The translations under genes and the position numbers were made by a program. Source: Nostoc sp. PCC 7120 = FACHB-418 (lineage in GTDB: Bacteria > Cyanobacteriota > Cyanobacteriia > Cyanobacteriales > Nostocaceae). Taken from it: DNA of 32,000 nt. Shown here in pieces: positions 26,992-32,000 of the stretch. The stretch covers positions 2,940,001 to 2,972,000 of the forward strand of contig NC_003272.1 of NCBI RefSeq assembly GCF_000009705.1, given 5' to 3'. The notes beneath the pieces are model-generated. The model did not search any database, was not told the origin of the DNA, and saw nothing but the letters and a program-made list of their open reading frames with translations. Position 1 is the stretch's first letter. The number at the start of each line of letters is the position of its first letter.

Positions 26992-28935
26992 TCATCTGCC
27001 CCTCGGTGAACAATATTGCTGCAATGACGGGGGTAGTTTTTGACACATCTGCTGAAATGATTGGGGACTAAGTTGCCACCAAGCAAATAATCCTATACCT
27101 GTACCCCCTACTAGTAACGCCAATAATCCCCCAACCAATAATAAAGGTTGACGGCGTTTTGGTTGTTTAATTGGGGCTGGGCTGGGTTCATCTGGGAGTT
27201 CCAAATCCAGCAATGCTTGAGAACTTTCCGTCAAGATAGATTCTTCTGGGTATCTTTCCAGTTCTGCTATTTCTGGTTCTGGAATCTCTACCAGTGGTGG
27301 CGTTGGTGTGATTGGCACTAAATATTCTTTAGAAACACGGCAAAGAGTCAGCACAACAGAAGTATTATCATGGCCATTTTTCTCATTGGCTAGATTAATC
27401 CAATGGTGGGCAGCATCTTCAACAGTCATTTGACCAGTTAATACTGGTACAGCGTAATCTTGCCAAGAATTTTCTACCCAGTTGTTATCACTTAACCCAT
27501 CGGAACATAATAATAAAATCCCATCTTCATCGATGATGAATCGCTTAATCGCCAACCGTAAAGATTCAGCATCTCTGTTTCCCAAGGCTTGAGTTAAAGC
27601 ATTGGCATCTTGTCGTTGGAGTACCTGCCGATACAAACTCCGGGCAGAACGGACTTCCCTCGTGACGATATCATCGTCTACTGTAAGCTGTTGGCAATAT
27701 TCACGAGTTATCCAATAAGCACGGCTATCACCCACATTAACCAAATAAAGCTCATGGGCATTATCTGATTGCCACTCAGATGTGGTTAATACTCGTTGCG
27801 GTACTTGTACTGCCATTACCAGCGTTGTGGCCATGCGTTCTCTACCTTGGCGCTTTTGTTCATCATTACGGGAACTGATGAGGTTGTTAGCCACACGCAG
27901 ACTAGCTTCGAGTTGTTCCTGTAACAAAGTTGGTGGGACAATTTCTGGCTGAGTTGCTACTTCGGTGAATAAAGCACGAATTTGTAATTTTAGAGACTGC
28001 ACTGCCAATTGACTGGCTACTTCGCCCCCTTGATGTCCGCCAATGCCATCACAAACGATCGCTAAATTTGGTACTAATAATTCATGGGAGTCAACAGCAG
28101 TATTGGGATAGCAAGTATCTTCATTTTGTTTGAGTTGGGGGCCTGCATCTGTCACCCCTGCCATGCTTAAAGTTAATGGCAATTCTCCGGCGGCTGCGAG
28201 TAATAAAGCATTAAGTTGAGTCGCAATAGTTTCTAACTCTACTTCTGAGTTAGCCATCTGCTGGATGATATTCTGCAACCTTGGAGTAACAGAAGTTGTT
28301 GTCAACTCTAGTAGAGGCTGCCAAGAATCGCTTAAATCTTTTAAATTAGGCTGTTCTGTAGGTATTGTGGCATTCAGGTCTAACAGTCGCACACACCAAC
28401 CTTGGACGCGCAAATTGTCGGCTTTCAGCAGGTTTTGAGCTAGTCCTAACTCCAGTAATGGTGTCCACAATTGGAGAATCTGCCATAACCAGTAAACTTG
28501 TCTGACTGGTTTGGCTTTTTCCCAGGCATCGATGATAGTTGGATAAATATTCCCTTCTTCATCGATGGGGACATTTTCTAGTAATAAGATATTGTCTGCG
28601 CCTTCTGGTAGAGAGGTAACAAAACCATAGACTTGGGGGAGATGCGATCGCTCTGGATATAAGCGAAGATAAGGAATAACATCCGGCGGTAATTCTTGAG
28701 GTACTTCTGGTAATAATCCCGGCCGAGTGTCCAACCAAACCTGTTGTCCTATTACCTCATATCTATCTGATACTTTTGTACCTAGTGGGATCTCGGTTGC
28801 TAGTGAGCCTGTAGCCCAAAGATAACGGTGAACTAAAGGAGTTTGACAACTAGCGCAAACACGTTCTCCCGCAAAATTAATCGGGTTATCACAATTTTGA
28901 TTTATGCAATAAATTATCCGTTCGATAGAAAGCAT
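26992..28935 (-). CDS. PP2C-family Ser/Thr phosphatase with an N-terminal zinc ribbon plus kinase-like (probably inactive) region and a C-terminal TM anchor
   Basis: 647 aa. CINQNC...CASC is a zinc ribbon. The PP2C motifs are NEDTCY, VCDGIGGHQGGEVAS, VGDSRAY, LCSDGLSD and GHDNTSVV. The C-terminal TM segment is LLLVGGLLALLVGGTGIGLFAWW. Confidence 0.85.
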   Translation of the reverse strand: MLSIERIIYCINQNCDNPINFAGERVCASCQTPLVHRYLWATGSLATEIPLGTKVSDRYEVIGQQVWLDTRPGLLPEVPQELPPDVIPYLRLYPERSHLPQVYGFVTSLPEGADNILLLENVPIDEEGNIYPTIIDAWEKAKPVRQVYWLWQILQLWTPLLELGLAQNLLKADNLRVQGWCVRLLDLNATIPTEQPNLKDLSDSWQPLLELTTTSVTPRLQNIIQQMANSEVELETIATQLNALLLAAAGELPLTLSMAGVTDAGPQLKQNEDTCYPNTAVDSHELLVPNLAIVCDGIGGHQGGEVASQLAVQSLKLQIRALFTEVATQPEIVPPTLLQEQLEASLRVANNLISSRNDEQKRQGRERMATTLVMAVQVPQRVLTTSEWQSDNAHELYLVNVGDSRAYWITREYCQQLTVDDDIVTREVRSARSLYRQVLQRQDANALTQALGNRDAESLRLAIKRFIIDEDGILLLCSDGLSDNNWVENSWQDYAVPVLTGQMTVEDAAHHWINLANEKNGHDNTSVVLTLCRVSKEYLVPITPTPPLVEIPEPEIAELERYPEESILTESSQALLDLELPDEPSPAPIKQPKRRQPLLLVGGLLALLVGGTGIGLFAWWQLSPQSFQQMCQKLPPSLQQYCSPRGR

Positions 28936-29109
28936 ACAAGTATAAATTTTAAAAATAAATTAAGTGGTGAAGTTCGATTAACTTTAGCAGTCAAAGGCTT
29001 GAAGGACAGAATAGACTTGTTTTGTGTACCTGTGGCTACACATTGTTACTGATTTTAATCAAAATTGCTGGGAAAAAGGTAATGAGTAATGGGTAAGAGT
29101 TATGTTTGA

Positions 29110-29146
29110 TTACCAATTACCAATCACCAATTACCAATCACCAAAT
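29110..29146. repeat. Heptanucleotide array (TTACCAA/TCACCAA)
   Basis: Read directly: ttaccaa ttaccaa tcaccaa ttaccaa tcaccaa atccag. Confidence 0.9.
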
Positions 29147-29201
29147 CCAGATAACCAGCGACTAAGTTGGTTTGTGTGAATGTAGTGTCTAGGATGGCGC
29201 T

Positions 29202-29639
29202 ATGCCAATATCTACCTTAATCTGGCTACTGGCTGGAGCAATTCTCTGCTTAACAGAATTGTTCTTACCATCGGCGTTTATCGCCTTCATGATGGGAATT
29301 AGCGCCTTAATGGTGGCGTTACTATCTCAATTGGGGTTAGCTTTATGGCTGCAAGTTGTGGCTTGGTTGTTTCTTTCTACCGTTTTGATTGCACTTTCCC
29401 GCCGATTTTTGCAACCACGACAACGTAGGTCAAAAATTCAAGATGCAATTACGGCGGAAACCTTAACAGAAATTCTCCCCGGACAAGCAGGACGAGTATT
29501 ATACGAAGGAAATTCTTGGCGGGCAAAGTGCGACGACGAGCAAATCACTATCGCTGCTCACCAAAGGGTTTATGTAGTCAGGAGGGAAGGCACTACTTTA
29601 GTGGTGATGCCTGAAAATTTGCTGCATTTTAGTCACTAG
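29202..29639 (+). CDS. NfeD-family membrane protein
   Basis: 145 aa. N-terminal TM helices are followed by a C-terminal OB-like soluble domain (GRVLYEGNSWRAKCD...). It lies upstream of an SPFH gene, which is the classic NfeD-SPFH pairing. Confidence 0.85.
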   Translation: MPISTLIWLLAGAILCLTELFLPSAFIAFMMGISALMVALLSQLGLALWLQVVAWLFLSTVLIALSRRFLQPRQRRSKIQDAITAETLTEILPGQAGRVLYEGNSWRAKCDDEQITIAAHQRVYVVRREGTTLVVMPENLLHFSH

Positions 29640-29649
29640 TCATTAACTA

Positions 29650-29765
29650 GACTTACGCATGAAAATGAAAAATCAAGGGTTTGGATAAGGGTACAGGGGT
29701 TTAGGGGTGTAAATGTTTAAAACCCTTATACCCACTCTCAACAGACAGCCTGGGCGCGTAAGTCC
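29650..29765 (-). mobile_element. MITE-like dispersed repeat, family 2, long copy (about 116 bp), between nfeD and the SPFH gene
   Basis: The TIRs are GACTTACGC ... GCGTAAGTCC. Its reverse complement aligns with 20155-20242, apart from two internal indels. Confidence 0.75.
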
Positions 29766-29813
29766 TAATTAACAGTTGGTTATAACTTATACAGAAATAT
29801 TTAGAGGTTGGCA

Positions 29814-30782
29814 ATGGAACAGTTATTTTTATTGATTGCTTTAGCGCTCGGTGGTTCTGCCGTTGCGGGGTCTGTGAAGGTGATTAATCAAGGTAATGAA
29901 GTTTTAGTAGAAAGATTAGGTAGCTACCACAAAAAGCTAGGCCCAGGACTAAATCTTGTCCTTCCTTTTATAGATAAAGCCGTCTACAAAGAAACTATCC
30001 GCGAAAAGGTTTTAGATATTCCACCCCAAAAATGTATTACCCGCGACAACGTAGGAATTGAAGTAGACGCAGTGGTTTACTGGCGAATTGTCGATATGGA
30101 AAAGGCTTGGTACAAAGTAGAAAACCTCCACTCGGCAATGGTGAATATGGTGCTGACCCAAATTCGCTCGGAAATGGGACAGTTGGAGTTAGATCAAACC
30201 TTTACGGCTCGTTCCCAAATTAATGAACTTTTATTACGGGAATTGGATATTGCCACTGATCCTTGGGGTGTAAAAGTCACAAGGGTAGAACTGCGAGATA
30301 TTATTCCTTCCCAAGCTGTGCGGGAATCGATGGAATTGCAAATGTCAGCCGAACGACGCAGACGAGCAGCAATTTTAAATTCAGAGGGTGAGAGGGAAGC
30401 GGCTGTCAATTCTGCCAGAGGTAAGGCCGAAGCCCAAATATTAGATGCGGAAGCCAGGCAAAAGTCGGTAATCTTACAAGCAGAGGCGGAACAAAAAGCG
30501 ATCGTTCTCAAAGCTCAGGCTGAACGTCAGCAACAAGTTCTCAAAGCTCAGGCTATTGCCGAATCAGCAGAAATTCTTGCCCAGAAAATCAGTTCCAATG
30601 GTACTGCTGAACAAGCCCTAGAGGTGTTATTGGCTTTGGGTTATCTCGATATGGGCGCAACCATCGGTAAGAGCGATAGCAGTAAAGTCATGTTTATGGA
30701 CCCCCGCGCTATTCCCGCTACTTTAGAGGGTATTCGCTCGATTGTTTCGGATAGTCAGTCGTCAGTGGTCAGTGGTCAGTAG
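29814..30782 (+). CDS. SPFH/band 7 (stomatin-like) protein
   Basis: 322 aa from the ATG at 29814, with an AGAGG Shine-Dalgarno. It has an N-terminal TM helix and an SPFH core ([23 protein letters not shown]...ITRDNV...VYWRIVD). An A/E/Q-rich coiled coil follows. Confidence 0.9.
   Translation: MEQLFLLIALALGGSAVAGSVKVINQGNEVLVERLGSYHKKLGPGLNLVLPFIDKAVYKETIREKVLDIPPQKCITRDNVGIEVDAVVYWRIVDMEKAWYKVENLHSAMVNMVLTQIRSEMGQLELDQTFTARSQINELLLRELDIATDPWGVKVTRVELRDIIPSQAVRESMELQMSAERRRRAAILNSEGEREAAVNSARGKAEAQILDAEARQKSVILQAEAEQKAIVLKAQAERQQQVLKAQAIAESAEILAQKISSNGTAEQALEVLLALGYLDMGATIGKSDSSKVMFMDPRAIPATLEGIRSIVSDSQSSVVSGQ
30753..30782. repeat. Heptanucleotide array (GTCAGTG family) forming the last codons and the stop of the SPFH gene
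   Basis: Read directly: agtcagtcgtcagtggtcagtggtcagtag. It encodes ...SQSSVVSGQ*. Confidence 0.9.
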
Positions 30783-30795
30783 TTTCGGCTATTGA

Positions 30796-31194
30796 CTAAA
30801 TTTCACTCGCGTGATTCATTTGGCACTTACCACACAAACCGAAAAACTCCAGAGTGTGGTAGAAAATCTTAAACTTATGGGCAGTTTGTAACTGTTCTTC
30901 TAAGTTGTGAACAGGGCATTGATGAATAGGAATAGATACACCGCATTGCAGGCACGTAAGATGGTGTTTATCTTGCTGCGCTAGGCTGTAGAGAGCTTCG
31001 CCATTAGGTAAAGTCCGTACCTGCACCAAGCCTTCTAGTTTTAAGGCTTCCAAGGAACGATAAACTGTTGCTAACCCCATACTCTGATTGCGATTACGGA
31101 GTTCTACATAAATATCCTGGGCAGAAATGCCTTGTTTAATGGTTTGCAACAGGTTTAAGATGCGCTCTTGACTGCGGGTGCGTATGGCTCTCAT
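30796..31194 (-). CDS. zur: Fur-family metalloregulator, Zur/FurB-like
   Basis: 132 aa with a winged-helix N-terminus (LATVYRSLEAL). The C-terminus has HHLTCLQCG and CGKC (two CxxC pairs). The symbol rests on my memory of the PCC 7120 FurB/Zur locus and gene order. Confidence 0.75.
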   Translation of the reverse strand: MRAIRTRSQERILNLLQTIKQGISAQDIYVELRNRNQSMGLATVYRSLEALKLEGLVQVRTLPNGEALYSLAQQDKHHLTCLQCGVSIPIHQCPVHNLEEQLQTAHKFKIFYHTLEFFGLCGKCQMNHASEI

Positions 31195-31338
31195 AGACTA
31201 TTATTTAAATTTGCCACTGGATTAGAAGCTGTTCTACTGCCTAACTAATAAATTAACTTTAACGTCTCGATTAACTTATTTTTACTCAGTTGGAACAGAA
31301 AGTTATAGTATAGCGATCGCAGCTTTCAGAAAAACTCC

Positions 31339-31617
31339 GTGCAAACTAAGTATCTAGCCAAAATTTTCGTGACACTTCGTCCTTCAGTTTTAGACCCGGC
31401 CGGTGTGGCCGTACAATCTGGTCTCCTGCAAATGGGATACGATAACGTTGATCATGTACGGATTGGTAAGTACATTGAACTCAACATTACTACTTCTGAT
31501 GAAGCAAAAGCGCGTCAAGACTTAAACCGCATTTGTGATCAAATGTTATCTAATCCAGTAATTGAAAATTATCGCTTTGATTTGATTGAAGTCGAAACCC
31601 AGACCGGAGTATTTTAG
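31339..31617 (+). CDS. purS: Phosphoribosylformylglycinamidine synthase subunit PurS
   Basis: 92 aa with a GTG start. IFVTLRPSVLDPAG and the downstream purQ are diagnostic. Confidence 0.88.
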   Translation: MQTKYLAKIFVTLRPSVLDPAGVAVQSGLLQMGYDNVDHVRIGKYIELNITTSDEAKARQDLNRICDQMLSNPVIENYRFDLIEVETQTGVF

Positions 31618-31640
31618 GGATCGGGCAATAAGTAAGAAAA

Positions 31641-31780
31641 CAACAATAGCAACTGACAACCGACAACTGACCCTCCGGGTGACGCTCGTTCCTCGCTAAC
31701 GCTGCGCTAACGCCAGTTACTCATGGGGGAAACCCCCAAGACCGTACTGGCTCACAACTAACAACTAACAACTGACTAAT
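31641..31780. repeat. Composite repeat in the purS-purQ spacer: CAACTGA-type heptamer arrays (31641-31671, 31755-31780) flanking an ~83-bp GC-rich unit
   Basis: Read directly. The central unit (gacgct..cgctaacgc..ctcatgggggaaaccccc) resembles internal modules of MITE family 1. Confidence 0.7.
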
Positions 31781-31781
31781 C

Positions 31782-32000
31782 ATGAAATTTGGCGTTGTTG
31801 TATTTCCTGGTTCTAATTGCGATCGCGATGTTGCCTATGTCACTAGAGACTTGCTAGGACAGCCAACTCGCATGGTTTGGCATCAAGACACCGATATTGC
31901 TGATTTGGATGTGGTGATTATCCCTGGTGGATTTAGTTATGGTGACTATTTACGCTGTGGGGCGATCGCTCGGTTCTCTCCTGTGATGCAGCAGGTGGTG
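31782..32000 (+). CDS. purQ: Phosphoribosylformylglycinamidine synthase glutaminase subunit PurQ, 3' end cut by the window edge
   Basis: [17 protein letters not shown]...[19 protein letters not shown] is the typical PurQ N-terminus. The frame stays open to the window end. Confidence 0.92.
   Translation, partial: MKFGVVVFPGSNCDRDVAYVTRDLLGQPTRMVWHQDTDIADLDVVIIPGGFSYGDYLRCGAIARFSPVMQQVV

Noticed and set aside
28843-29052. A 69-aa plus-strand ORF spanning the PP2C gene start and its upstream region.
   Set aside because: It overlaps the 5' end of the PP2C gene in antisense and has no supporting signals.

Overview
The window is cyanobacterial chromosomal DNA of the heterocystous Nostoc/Anabaena type. 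The evidence is frequent GCGATCGC (HIP1) sites, many tandem heptanucleotide arrays in the spacers, and a petC-petA operon. From memory, the gene order and protein sequences match the Nostoc sp. PCC 7120 region from about petC (all2453) to zur/furB (all2473); this is unverified. Most of the window is core housekeeping: grpE-dnaK, dnaJ-tusA-like-rsgA, a GH57 glucan enzyme, petC-petA, tatC, an HNH endonuclease, alr, tRNA-Leu(UAG), TMEM14, a DHNA-CoA-type thioesterase, ydcF, ftrV, a PP2C phosphatase, nfeD-SPFH, zur and purS-purQ. Two MITE-like repeat families and the heptamer arrays sit in operon spacers, and heptamer-type repeat sequence also runs into two coding regions. The best candidate for an undescribed system is the central minus-strand block at 15375-19718. 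It encodes a DUF815 AAA ATPase, then a two-TM, long coiled-coil protein whose acidic C-terminal domain looks TerB-C-like, then a BrxD/DUF2791-type P-loop ATPase. These are Shango/BREX-like parts, but no TerB domain, helicase, nuclease or methyltransferase is present. The block lies next to a tRNA gene, a MITE and a 1.1-kb AT-rich ORF-free tract. The second candidate is the APH-fold kinase plus HopA1-domain protein pair at 21299-23763. This is the dehydratase logic of class V lanthipeptides, without a cyclase, a transporter or an obvious precursor. A methyltransferase-HIT fusion with the HIT nucleophile His replaced by Ser is a third oddity. All domain calls come from motif recognition by eye and need HMM confirmation.
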